NCBI RefSeq assembly: GCF_003704095.1 | Contig: NW_020845628.1 | Location: 1-64,000 of the forward strand | Direction of reading: 5' to 3' | Length of the DNA: 64,000 nt | DNA from: Pocillopora damicornis | Taxonomy: Eukaryota | Shown here: in pieces, positions 51,501 through 64,000 of the stretch | Position numbering within the stretch: the first letter of the stretch is position 1 | Layout of the letters: each line of letters begins with the position of its first letter | Notes under the pieces: generated by a model | Databases searched by the model: none | What the model was told of the DNA's origin: nothing | What the model saw: the letters and a program-made list of their open reading frames with translations, nothing else | Translations under genes and position numbers: made by a program

Positions 51501-54500
51501 TTAATCTTTGTTCTTCTTACTACTTTTTCTGTTCGTCTTCCGCTTTATCCAGCGCAAATGACTTTTCAGTCGCGTGTACACACCGTATTTTCCTTTAGTG
51601 GCACACCCATCTCCCCAGCTCGATAGACCAATCACCGCCCAGCTGTCATCGATGGAACGTCTGATCTGTGAAAGGAAAAAAGTTTGTATGAAGCGACTAC
51701 GAAAATCACTAAAGATAAAAAGGACATCAGTGAAAAAAGAAATATTTGCTTCTAATGAAGTACAGTTATCCCTTCGTCGGGCATTGAGACGCATTTTGCG
51801 GGGTAAAATGAAGATTTTGGCTTTAGGCCCGCTCGCAGGCTTGTGTTATTGTTCAGACTATCTTGTTGTCTCTGTTTTTAGTTTTTGTTTCCTCGTTTCC
51901 TTCCAAACAGATAATATAAGTAATAAGTTATATAAGTAATAGCGACTTGGGCTAAAGTGGCTCTTAGTCGGACCCAACGACTAAGAAACGGTCATACGCC
52001 TAAAACGAAGAACAAAAACTCGCCATGTAGCATTTAGTTGTCAACGAGAAGGTCTTTAAGAAGATGCAAGATGCTATTTCTGTATACTTCTTAAGGTTTG
52101 CAAGTGACGCATCTATGATATCCTCCAAGGTCCTCTTTCGCTTACCACAAGGGGTGAACCGCTGTCCCCTTTACAGGCATCTTTCTTTCCTGTGGCGTCA
52201 CCAGCACAAACAACGTTTTCTGTTATTGCCGCGGCATTGGTGGCATTTTCGCGGCAATCGCGCTGGGATACGAATTTCATTTGAATTTGTTGCAGGACTT
52301 CATTCGGTGGGCCTGCTAAATCATCCGACGAAACCTGCAAGAAGAGCATGCATCAGTGATTAGGTACAATAAGTTTTGATTTTTCTTTTTTTTCCTTGAG
52401 AGAATAATCAAAGCCATTGCTACGTTCATAGTGATGGGCTCTTGAGTAAGACATTCTGTTTGCACAGAGCCTCTCCATAATGAGAATTTCATGGAAGTAA
52501 TTGCATTGTAATTTCCCTTTTCTACGCTCTCGCGCACAATTTTCGCCTTTGTAATGATATTCTAAAGAGTGCCTATAACAGGAGAAGTCCTGTTACGACT
52601 GAACGTCAAACAGAAAAGTTTCTTTTAAATGGAAACGAGGGATAATTCGCCTCTTTGCGGGGATATCTCTACGTCTCAAATTTCTTGAGCAATTCTAGAT
52701 CAGTTTGTGTTGACTTAAGATACCGAAAATCCGACATTAGCTGGGGCTGAAATTCTCCAGGCGCAATGAGGAGAGAGAAGAACATGAGAACGCACATGAG
52801 GAGAGCATTTAGAGACGGAAAACGCGTACTAACCTTTTGAGAAGATCCCCAACCGGCTACTACACACGTTTTTCGTGGTCTGACGTAGAATACATCCGTG
52901 GGTTCTGGGAGACATACAGTTCTCACCAACGGTGAGAATTTCACGGCGTGCTTTAGGCGAATCAAAGCCAAGTCATTTCCTATATTTAAGTTCCCCCGGG
53001 TCGCATTTGGATGTAGGATAACCTTCTTTGCTCCGATATTCTGCTCAGCACCTTCTTCTTTGAAACGATTGTGTTCTCCTAACAGGTTAAAATCGAAAGT
53101 CGTTATTAATTCTGGCAAGATCGTCTTCGATTTGTTTACACAAGGAAATAGGAAGTTAAGAAATGTTACGTCGTATAAAAACATCAGCAGTTCGCCGCTA
53201 AGAAATTCTTTCAAATTAAAGTAAAGAGTTGTTAGACTTTATAATCAGCTTTTAATTGTTTTGTTTTTTTTTACCAGTGATATTGTTTAGAGGCAACTTT
53301 TCAAGCAAAACAACATGCGCAATAACATTTGTTTGTCTGGGACGCGCTTGCCAATCGCAGAAAAATTACAAAGGCTACAATCTGTTAGAGTACACATCAG
53401 TTTTTGAACGCAGGGGTTATCGTGGCTTATTATTGTCCTTTTGCCCCAAAGGTCTCATTAGTAATTCTCCTCACTGTCTGCTACAGAATTCTTATGACGT
53501 TAGTTTGGAGAATTTTGTATCAGATATTGGATATCAGATTGGATTGGAGAGATACTTTTAAAGAGATGCAGGCATGGTACACTAATGTGATGTGACATCT
53601 TCAGCTTAACATCTTTTTTTTTTTTCTTCTTTTTTTTTACAATTTTATCGTTTTGTAATCATAGCCACATCACGCTTGTTTTTAAAATACCTGTATCTAA
53701 TATCTCTGATTGACTTACCCATCCTTACGATAACATCTTTCGGTTTCACAGCCCCATCGTAGAAAAAGCAGTGCGCCACAGTTATAACCCAGTTCCCTTT
53801 GATAAGTGCACCACCACACCGGAAATTTCCCTTCACGTAGATAGCTGCTTGCCAGGGCCAGGCTCCTGGCTTCGCCTCCTCTCCACTGACAGAGCCGAAA
53901 TTTTCATCATCGTCATTTCTCAGCTGAGTATCTCCTGCGATGCCACATTCACTGTAATCTGCTCACACAAAAATTGGTGATTGGTGTGTTGAAAGTGTTA
54001 CCGTGTTATGTGTGAAAGGAAATACGATAAAAGGTTTCTGACGGACAAATTTGTCTCGGATTTTATTCGCATGAAATACATCATAGACGCATACAGCAAA
54101 CCTAGCCAAAGAGTATAGCTTTAAGAGATCCTGAAGTGCCCCGAAAGAAAGGTTAGAAGCTGATTTAGGACAAGAAGATCCTGCCAACGCCCTTTTAAGT
54201 TAACAAAGTAAGTATACGATGGGAGATATAATAATAAAAGTCAAGGAAAATGTACTCACCATTTCCTTTGGCCGTGATCAGCTGTTTAAGCTTGGCTAAA
54301 TCATCAAAGTCCTTAAGAAGGAACACATGCGTTCTGAAGGGTTCAGAAGCAATACTGCGCAGTTCCTTTTCATTCACGCTGTCTGTTACACCAATAGCGT
54401 AGATTTCAAACTTCTGGAAGTCACGCAGTATCGAAGCATCTGCGCTTGGATCACCACCGATGTTGGACCTGCCATCAGTTATGAGGAACAAAGCCCTCTT

Positions 54501-57500
54501 GCTGTCTTTTCGGGCCTCAGGAACGATTTCCTCAATGGTCTTATTCAATGCAAGGCGTGTAGCGGTGCCACCGGCAATGAAGTCTAAGTTGTCTGAGAAG
54601 GAAAGAATGAAGAGAGATGACAGGAGATCAAGGCTGCTTTTCACTTATCAAGAGATGGCGAACTGGGAGAAAAGGTTCTTTCCCGTGAAAATGATCAGCA
54701 AAAAGTTATTTTTGCATGTGAGCAGCGTGCGTCATGACTACCCAGTCGCGTATGTTTTCGTTTCTAAATTAACGAGACACGAGTTTGCGCCATCGCCGGA
54801 AGTAATCGACACTTAAAGTCTCCCCTCATCTTTCGCGCATTCTATGGATAATTGGATAATGCTGTTTGACCCTATTCTCTTAATTCCGCTACATCGATCT
54901 GAATCAGTACTTTCCGTTCTCAGAACCGAAGAGTTCTGTGAGCGGGAAGGAGGTGAGAAGGGCCAGTTGTGACCTTTGGAGCGATTTCCTGGTTTAGTTA
55001 ATGGCGCGATAACATCATAGTAGCGGGATGATATGTGGTAAAAGCTCCTCGTGGCGAAACGACCGGGTTCTCTTTAAATCTGTCATTTCAACTATATGTT
55101 CAGTTTGATTGTAAAATTATTTTAAAAGGAAGGAACTGATAGTAGACAAACCCGGAAAAAGAAACGAATTAACCAGAACAGTGTAAAGGATATAAAGGGA
55201 TATGTCTCATTAACGAAATTATGTTGCCCTAACGTCTCTCATTACTAGCGGTTTGACCTACCGAGAGTCCTTATAGCTTCTGCTTTGTCAGCCATTGCGT
55301 TCGTTTGCAGATTAAAAACTACTTTAGCTGTCGAGCTAAATGTAACAACAGCAACTCTCGTTCCCATGGGAGATGCCGATATCCCAAACTCGTCGATGAT
55401 TGTCTTGGCGAATTCAACTCCTTTTTTAAAGTTCGCACTACCGACAGTTGCTGAGCTGTCGAACACGAACACCAAGTCGAGGCCTCCGGCTCCCGAGGAC
55501 AAACCTGCGCGTGCCAAACTGTCGGTTGTCGTCCAGCTCAGTTTGTCGATGAAATGTTCTCGGAGACTGTCTGCGACCCTCTTCAAACCTCTTAAGGGAT
55601 CTATGAACAACAGATCCGTCGTTAAGGACACGTTTGCCATTCTTTTTGATACTTATCAAAAATATGATTTTCCCTCATATCTTCATGGATAAATGAATCA
55701 GTGATTGAATGTACGAGTTCCCGAAACACTTCTTTGTTAACCTTCCTCTGGCTATACTTTAAAGTTTAAAGTGCGAAAACGAGGACCATGTTTCTTCAAT
55801 GATAACGTGCGATTTTCTTGTAGCTTTAGCTTCTTACAAGCATCGGATACCCGTAAACATCCAAAGTACGATTCTCCGGTAAGTAAAATGAGCTTACGCT
55901 ATTGCGCAAACAACTCTTTAAACAATGAGTATTTATACTTCTTTCGAGAAAAACACTCACCAAATTTTTCGCATGCTGGAGTTGTTCCGTTCCATCTTAC
56001 TGTCTTGCACGATCTGCAGAACGGAACGCATTGAAGTGACTGAAGACCAACGAGCTCATATCCGTCATCACAGGAAAACCGGACTTGAGTTCCCTCTAGG
56101 AACAAACTTCCGACCCGGCGACCATGTTTGGGAGTACCTGGATCCTTACACTTTGCTCCTAAAAAAGAGAGCAAGGCGGTCATTTAACCCTTTAACCTCT
56201 AAGAGTGGCTACCATCTACTTTCTCCTCACAATATCACCACTGAGTCACCCATTAAGGCCGTGAGAATAAAATAAATTACCACCAACTAAAGAAGCTCCT
56301 GATTGTTAAATAAATTCTCTTCGTCAGCACCTTAGGAAATGTAAAGAGAACAGTACGGAGAATATGCATACTGATGTTAGAGTATAAAAGGTTAAGTACA
56401 TCATTTTTAGTTAACAACTGTACTCAACATACTGGTTCGTCATTGCTGGTTTATTCCCAGACAATCCTTCCCACTTTCTTTTAAGCTCAAGGCATTTGGT
56501 CACAAAGGAATGAATTTGCAATACCTTACTTATTTCGTGAGGAAGGCGGAGAAAGGACAAAAGGTTCGCCGAATCCCCCATGTTGGAAACATTGGATATT
56601 TCTATATTTTTTTAGTAACTCCAGACGCGCGGCCATCTAAAACAAGTTAAAAGGTATTTCGATCGATTATTTTGGACCTTTTTCGCGTTAGACTATGCTC
56701 AAATTTACGGGCAGCAGCGCCATATAAAAAATATGCAGGTAGCAATTCATACTCTTGGGTGAAAAGAGATACAACTACTTAAGGACAAGACACAGTGTTT
56801 CGCTCAGGATTCGAACCCGTACCCCTTGTCTGAAGTACAGTATGCTAACGTTAAAGACAGTGCGTCTTACTCTTTGATGAAGTAAATATGACAGCAAAGT
56901 GATTTGCACATACTGACAATGCCCCCAATGTGGTCTTCAATATGGTCTCTCAGCCCGCTATCCGTTAGGCCACCATTACTCCTAACTATGCTACACAGTC
57001 AAGTTTGATATGGCGGTAAACAATAACGAAATCTCCTTACTTTTTATACATCTTGGAAGTTTTTTGGGTGACCAGCTTTTTTCGTTGGTACAAGTCACTT
57101 TGGCACTCCCTCTGAGCCGGTAGTTGTCGTCACAGGAATACTTGACAGTGGTACCAACCAGGTAGTCGTCTTTATGTGGCTCAAAATCTCCATTTCGGAT
57201 TCTTCTGGGTGTTTTACACGACAGAGGTGTCGAGTCTGTAGTAAGGGGGGGAAAAATTGCGCTAGTTATTATTTGTATACCCGGTGTTCTCGTTGGATGG
57301 GGCGCTACACGACGTACACATTCGGCGAACTATTATGAGGTGATAAATCCTGTCTAATGTATCCTTTGTCCGGTGGAATTTAATCACCATGAAAATTATG
57401 GTACCATAATAATAGATTGAATATCAGCTAAAGAATTTAGCTTATCAGCGCACTTTGATATCAAAATCAACCTCACGGCGGGGAAAAAATTACTTTTCCG

Positions 57501-59068
57501 CTAAATGTTCTTTTTTTATTTTTAACAATTTTGAAAACTCAGAAGTTTCTTGCTGTTTAGAAGTCACATTAAAGCTTACTGCACCATTAGATTGGTAGGT
57601 TTGGGGAAATTATGAAAGTGGATTTTATTCCCTCACTATCACTAGTTTTTAAGGAAAATAGACGTAAGAGTATGTCCGAGTTTAGCGGGCTAAATCGCCC
57701 TTACGTTTCAATTGAAAGCATGAAACATATTTCTCATGTCTCACCTCGCTGACATGTGGGAGGATTTCCAGTCCACTTGCTATTAATACATCTGATCAAG
57801 AGAATCCCAATGGTCTTATAGCCAGGATTACAACTGTATATTGCATGTGTCTTTCTTATTATTCTAACCTTCCCATTGGCTATTCCTGGTGGGGATGAAA
57901 GAAGTAGAGTAATAAATTCCTAAGCTGCCCCTTCGAATAAGGGATCAGTAGGAATTTTTCACTAATTAAGGTGAAATACGAATCTAAGTCTCCCATTTGG
58001 ATTCAAAACTTAATTCAAACACGAAACTTTGCTAATACTGGCCAATCCAGTATCAGGTCCCTCAGGGGGCAAGTTCTTCGTGCGAAAGCGCGTTATCTAT
58101 GAAGGTAGACACTATTGAAGCTCTCACTCGTGCTTACTCGGAGATTTGTTGTGTAAAAAGTAGGCAATTTTACTTGCGAGGTCGTGATATCTAGCGTTGG
58201 GACTGTTGTAATCGTTGATTTTAAGACTTTAAAGCCCGTTGTTTTTAGTTCAGTATTCTGTTCGTTTACTCTTCGTTTGCGAGGTCTGCTAAAGTGTATT
58301 TTGCGCAAGAATGGGGCAAAAAGAAGGAAAATCACCTTGATGGTTTTTAGCGTAAGGTCCGTCAAAATATTTCCATATCAATCTGTTGCAATCGTCAATT
58401 TTTGAACTTTGACTTTGAAGCCCTTTTCTTTCTAATTGAGTATTCTTACGCACATTTCTATGTAATCAAGCAACATTTTCGACCTTTGTACCACCCCTAA
58501 GCAGTAATATGATGCTAGCGACATCAAAGGTAAACCTAGTAGGGGAGGCTCGCTATTCTCATCTTCAGTTTCCCCGCATCTCCTTTAGGAACCCATGGGA
58601 CTATGAAGCAGATTTGGTCACCAAACGGGAAAAGAACGGCTTGCATTATTAGACCCGAACTTATCTACAGAAGGTCGAATAAAAATTTCGAATTTTTTAG
58701 TGACTTCACATCTCGCTTTACATCGACGAAGATCGATTACGCATGAACATCTTGCCCTCGTAGGAACCTGGAACCGGGTTGGGCAAACCAACGTTTATCT
58801 GGACGCTAATATGAACAAATTCACGTATTGCATGGTTGAATGATCTACTAGTGGAGTTACGCTGAGAGTCATGAGAAACTCATAGGTTAGCTAAACCATG
58901 TACAAAATACATCCTGCGAGCTGCCAGGATCGAATTTTTTGAAATTGTTGAACGAGGAGAGGGTATATTACGAGATTGGTTCTCGAATCAAAAATGACAT
59001 GAAACACACTTCACCTGGAGGATTAGTGCAGTTCTTACTTCTCTTCTCGGCAGTCCCTACGTCTCCTC
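51501..59068 (-). CDS. CFB: Complement factor B/C2-like protease (3 CCP + vWA + trypsin-like serine protease); N-terminal signal exon not located
   Basis: Exons 59068-59015, 57885-57745, 57235-57041, 56158-55961 (three sushi domains), 55600-55262, 54592-54260 (vWA: LVFVFDSSATVG, GGTAT, LFLITDGRSN), 53958-53719, 53078-52834, 52334-52146, 51665-51501 (TVAHC, NDLALIRL, DACKGDSGSP). Confidence 0.9.
56184..56395. mobile_element. piggyBac-type MITE about 25 nt from the CCP3 exon acceptor
   Basis: TTAACCCTTTAAC...GTATAAAAGGTTAA. Confidence 0.7.
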
Positions 59069-62000
59069 CTTGAAAGAAACAATTAAATGAATTTAATGAG
59101 ACTGTACAAGTCAAGAGAAGAGTTGGGCGGGGGGAGAGGGGTAAGCAAGGAGTCTTTCATGCGCGACAGAATAGTGACGTTTGAATTAGTTTGATTCGGC
59201 AGGTTTCCTCAGTGCAGCATATGACTTTACACGTGGCTGTTGATTTGCGGGCGAAATCTTCAAGCGCAGAGGCCGGCAAAGAAATTCAAATTAGGCTTAT
59301 TATTTTCTTCTCTTGACCTAGGTCGTCTTCTTAAGCAGTTGTCGCTTAAGTGGCGCTCGAAAGAACCTATCAAAGTAATAAAATCATGTCCAACACATGA
59401 CAAGAGTGGCATGGTGTTTAACAAATATTTTCACTCAGNNNNNNNNNNNNNNNNNNNNNNNNNNNNNNNNNNNNNNNNNNNNNNNNNNNNNNNNNNNNNN
59501 NNNNNNNNNNNNNNNNNNNNNNNNNNNNNNNNNNNNNNAGTCTTATTGTTATCGCTTCATTTATTCACCGTCTGTCAATCATTGCTCGTGTCATCATTTG
59601 CCTTGGGCCATTGACGGACGAGCAGTCAAAAATCAACGTCCAAGAAACACCAGTGATAGAATCAAGAAAGTAAAAACATCAACATTTGAACGAGTTGTAT
59701 GGGATCCACGAAACTGTGCCTCTGGCTTCCTGAGTCCTTCGCCAATCGATAATATCCTGATGGGTCACACCACTAGCTAAGGTAAGGACGTATTTGTACC
59801 TCAAAAACGAGTGATGTATCACACACTGACGTCGACACATTGTTTTTATATGCTCAATGGGAACTGGCAGAGCTTACATCATGTCATAGTACTCCAGACG
59901 TTTACTACATTCAAGATATGAAATCGGTGTAGTAGCTTATTTGCCAATTTTTGTGATAGCGTAAAAAAGCATTTCATTCTTGTCTTATCTTATCTGACTT
60001 ATCATAACAAGCCGACAGCTAAGCCTAACAGACAAACTTACCGCATTTACTGGATGATTCAACTCGTTGACACGCAGAGTAAAGGAAAAACTTACTTTAT
60101 GCAATCAGATTTATATGAAACGTGAGGATTTCAGACTTCCTTCAGCTTTGGTGATGACGCCACACTCTGTCAACTCCGGTCAAAAACTATCAGATGTAAG
60201 CACGGCATATCAGTCACGCCATTTCAGCACGATTCATGAGTCACGCCATCCCCAATGGAACAAAATGACCTTTCGACTCCCAGAATGTGTAAATAAATTC
60301 ACATTGCAGTTTTAAAACATCCTTAAGCAAAGGAATCAAGGGAATAGGAAAAATGATCAATAAGAAGATAGTTTCTGAAAATAAATTTCAATTCTCAGGA
60401 CCAGCCAACCTAGAAATGTATGACAGACGCCACTCTGATGAAACCGGAAGAGACTCTTGGGAGACAAATCTTATCCGCTTTCTAAGAAAAGGAAACTCTG
60501 TCGCAAATTTATTCACAAGTTGCGTAAAGGGGCGTAATACATGCCGATCATCAAATCGGAGACAAAAAAAAACTCGGATTGCCATTTGGCCAAATATTAA
60601 GAGTGGTAAGCATAGATATTGAATGAAATTTGCTTTTTACTGCGCTTTTGTGGAATGATAACAATATACTACCGTCATCGCTGAGATGATAAGAAAAAGT
60701 AACACAATACTGACTGGGGGGAGATCATCCTGCTCAAATGAATGTCTCTGACAGTTAGTATTATTGTGAATGTCAACTTCGTCAATACACGTGTGCTTTC
60801 TGCACCAAAGAAAATCAACAACAATTCCAACTTCCGAGTTGAACCTTTTCAGGCGAGTTTTTAACTACTTGCAAAATACAGGGATGTAGATCGTTGTGCG
60901 ATAGTTGGAAGGATAGATATAAAAAGACCTAAACCAGTTTTTTGTTTTTTTGCTTTTTTTTTTAAAGTATTGGTATCACGCATACACTAAGCCCCTTGTT
61001 TAAAAAAAGAAAGAAGGCAGTGACTCAGAGGAAATGTTTTTATTATGTGAATTAATCAATAGCCTCCCACAAAGAATAGATCCCTTCCCTGCTGAACATG
61101 AAATGTCCTTGATTGAAAAAGTGCATTATGCAGGCGACTTGTTTCCTCGTAAATTACAAATTTCACAGAAATGAGTTCACCAAATCGATTTCTCCCAGAA
61201 AAGAAAACTGTATTGTTTAGCTACTTAGGAAGCTTTACCAATGAAAGTGTTTCTAACGAAATGAAAGTAAAGTTTCATGTCAAGTCGGTATGATTAATTT
61301 TAGAACACAAAATTGAAAGAAAAAACATCGTGCTGTTAATAGCCTTTCATGGCTTCCACACCAATGTCCACTACTAATCCTACACCCTCAAATTACTGGT
61401 ACCTTTAATAAACCGGTAACACTCAGACACCAAAAGAGCTGTATTATTTAAAATATTTCTAACGAAATAAAAGTTAGGTTACTTATTAAGTTATTATGAC
61501 TTACTAAATGCTACGAAATTGAAAGACAAAGCATCGTGTTCCCAATGGCCTCTTAAACCGATTATCATAACAATCTATCTACCCTCAGTAAACTACTGCT
61601 ACATATTATAAACGGTTGGAAAATATTTGAAAGCTTTCTCTCAAAAAAGACAAATTCACTGAAAGTAAAACAATAAACAATCCCCACAACTAGTCATGGC
61701 TTTACTCGTGTTAATCTAAAATAATAAATATTACAAACATTAAATGGCTATAAAACGGAGTGAAAATTGTCCAATGCTTGAGATAACTGACTATAACTAC
61801 CTAAATTTTTTCGTAGTCTCATAGATTACCGCACCTCAACGATGCTAAGTTAGTTTCCCAGGTGGAAAAGTCTAGCGGTAGAACAAGTATTTAATCTTTG
61901 AGGAATGACACACTCCAATGTGATAATCAAAGAATTTGACTTACCCCTCAATTGATGTTGCACATCGCAATTTGCTTCAAATTGATACCTAATGCCTTAG

Positions 62001-62720
62001 CAAGCAATAATAGATCATACGTGTCCTTAAACATCTAGACAGTCTGATCTACTGTGAAAACTAAATTTAAATATGATAAGATTGATAAACTTCTCCCTTC
62101 AAAGGAGAAATCCTCTGAAAGAAAAATCAGTGGAACTCGATGTGAAACGCAACTTTGTGAATCAGTTGATTGAAAATGAAATAAAATTTTCTACCACTGA
62201 AATCACTATAAATTACGTGCTAGCGATCAACTACACGCTTTGGATTAAGATGTAGTGTCACAAAAAGGCCTGTTCAGTTACTATTTTTCTGGCATTTTGT
62301 ATATCAATACTCTAAATTTAACAATTTTTACTTACTCCATGTGGCTTTAGCACTTCATTGATACTGTTGAAAGAACCCAATTAGACTAGTCTGTACAATC
62401 TCCCCGATTACCGAAGCAATTTCACTTTCATTCTTCTTCAAAATCACTTCAGAAATATCATCAATACAGGCTGTCGTCATTTTTTGATTTCGTGCTGCAG
62501 TATTATAGTCATCTTTCACGAAGTGATGATTACACGATGTGACGCAGTCCTAGACCAATCAGTTTGCTTACTTTTCCTTAATAGCCTGGGTAATAATCTT
62601 ACACCAAATAACACCAAGAATTAATCTTATATCACTAGTGAATAAAGTAACGAGATCCGAGCATGGGTGACAAACTCGTCAACCCATTTTGGACTTAGCA
62701 GGTGCTCCCCTCTTCATTAC

Positions 62721-64000
62721 CTAATAGTAGTTAGGTCCAGACGAAGAATTGCTCGCCATATAGCTAGTGCTGCTACTGTAGAATCGATTTGTGTTTGTTA
62801 CTTCTGAGTTTTCTCCTGAATTAGCTGTGACGTCTTCAACCTGTTAAATATTTCATAAAGTTGATATTGGTAGTGATTAAGAAACTCTTATCACGTATAC
62901 TTATAGCTATTTTTAGTGTCTATGTTTTAAGATTAACATATAATTAAGAAAAGCATTTTGAGAGACAAAGGTCTCTATAAGCACAGAGGTAACAGTCGTT
63001 TTGTTACACCCAACAATTACATCTGGAAAAACGCACGTCACGAGAAACATGTTAGAGCGACCTTGTGCTTTCATAAACATCTGGTCAGTTAATTCAACCT
63101 TACCTCTAGCATAAGATCCGTTTTTCTTTCTTCCAAATCCATCAGCTTTTCTCCCATTTTCTCCAACTCTTTTTCAAGACGATCGTTGTTTGATTGAAAC
63201 CTTAGGCCTGTTTGCTCAAGGATTCGGGTTTTGCCTTCGTTAGAGACCCTCGATAACTTTAGGAAAACGATAACATCGATTGATTAAAAACGCTTGTGGG
63301 AACCTTCCTTGTATAGTGTAACAGGGAAAATTATTGTTAATTAGTGTCTTCGGCTAGTAAATTTCTTCTCTCAAATCAATTTATAAACTTTAGCACTTCT
63401 GATTTGTTTCCTTTAAACTCTATGGAAATGAACTCAGCTTCTCGTCGAATCACTTTCACTCATCAATGCTCAATTTTAGCTTCGTCTCCCCACCTCTAAC
63501 AGTGTTAAAAAGAGCGCAATTCGGCACTTTTTGATGAAGGTTTCCTAATAAGCGCTCCTTCAGGGCTTTATTTGACTTTATAAATGACATTGCGACAATT
63601 TTACGTGTACTCACCCCTCTTTCTCCGCTATAAACTACAGGAAACTGTGAGGTCGAGGCAGTGGACGTCATTTCTTGAGCAGTTTTCAAAACTGGACAAT
63701 TCTTTCCACTCTCCCACTGTACAAGCTCATTGTTATAAAACTGAGCCTCTTTCGTGGCAATTTTCAGCTTTTCGTTTTTGTGTCGTAACTCTTGAAGTTC
63801 TCGCTCCAGGAGACTCAGTTCCCGTTGCCTAGGGCTTGACTGCTGCGTCTCACTCTTCAGTGAACTGACGTCTCTCCCGAGGCTATGCGCGATCATTTGT
63901 TGTTCCAATAAAGTTCGTTCAAGTCTGCTCTTGCCTTCCTGAAGTTCTAGTATTTCGCTTCGTAGGTTCGACAGGGTGTTCTCATAAATCTTCCTTTCGT
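62721..64000 (-). CDS. 3' part of a coiled-coil protein gene (continues beyond the window)
   Basis: Open frame from the window end (ERKIYENTLSNLRSEILELQEGKSRLERTLLEQQM...), exon ~63256-63104 (LSRVSNEG...KTDLMLE|gtaag) and exon 62840-62721 (VEDVTANS...GPNYY*). Heptad-like Leu/Glu/Lys content; no family recognised. Confidence 0.65.

Noticed and set aside
1-64000. CRISPR arrays, operons or prokaryotic defence systems
   Set aside because: The sequence is spliceosomal-intron eukaryotic DNA, and I saw no regularly spaced repeat-spacer array.

Overview
Intron-rich, AT-rich animal genomic DNA with four N-gaps. The repeat content and gene set point to an anthozoan, probably a stony coral (inference). 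Genes were spliced by hand from GT-AG signals and frame continuity. In order: (1) a tail-to-tail pair of paralogous genes for small secreted Cys-rich peptides (C-x2-C-x10-CC-x4/5-C), with a frameshifted third mature-peptide exon between them; (2) MVB12 (ESCRT-I, minus strand), head-to-head with (3) a ~916-aa Gln-rich protein carrying an atypical GATA-like finger; (4) classical dynamin (minus), with one coding stretch probably lost in an assembly gap; (5) a head-to-head pair of diverged paralogues encoding helical proteins that both start with an N-myristoylation motif, MGT(I/T)MS; (6) a complement factor B/C2-like protease (3 CCP, vWA, serine protease); (7) the 3' part of a coiled-coil gene. 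Introns hold many TTAA-flanked piggyBac-type MITEs, tRNA-derived SINEs and Penelope-type hammerhead-like motifs. The best novelty candidates are the peptide mini-cluster, which the ORF track shows only in fragments, and the myristoylated paralogue pair.
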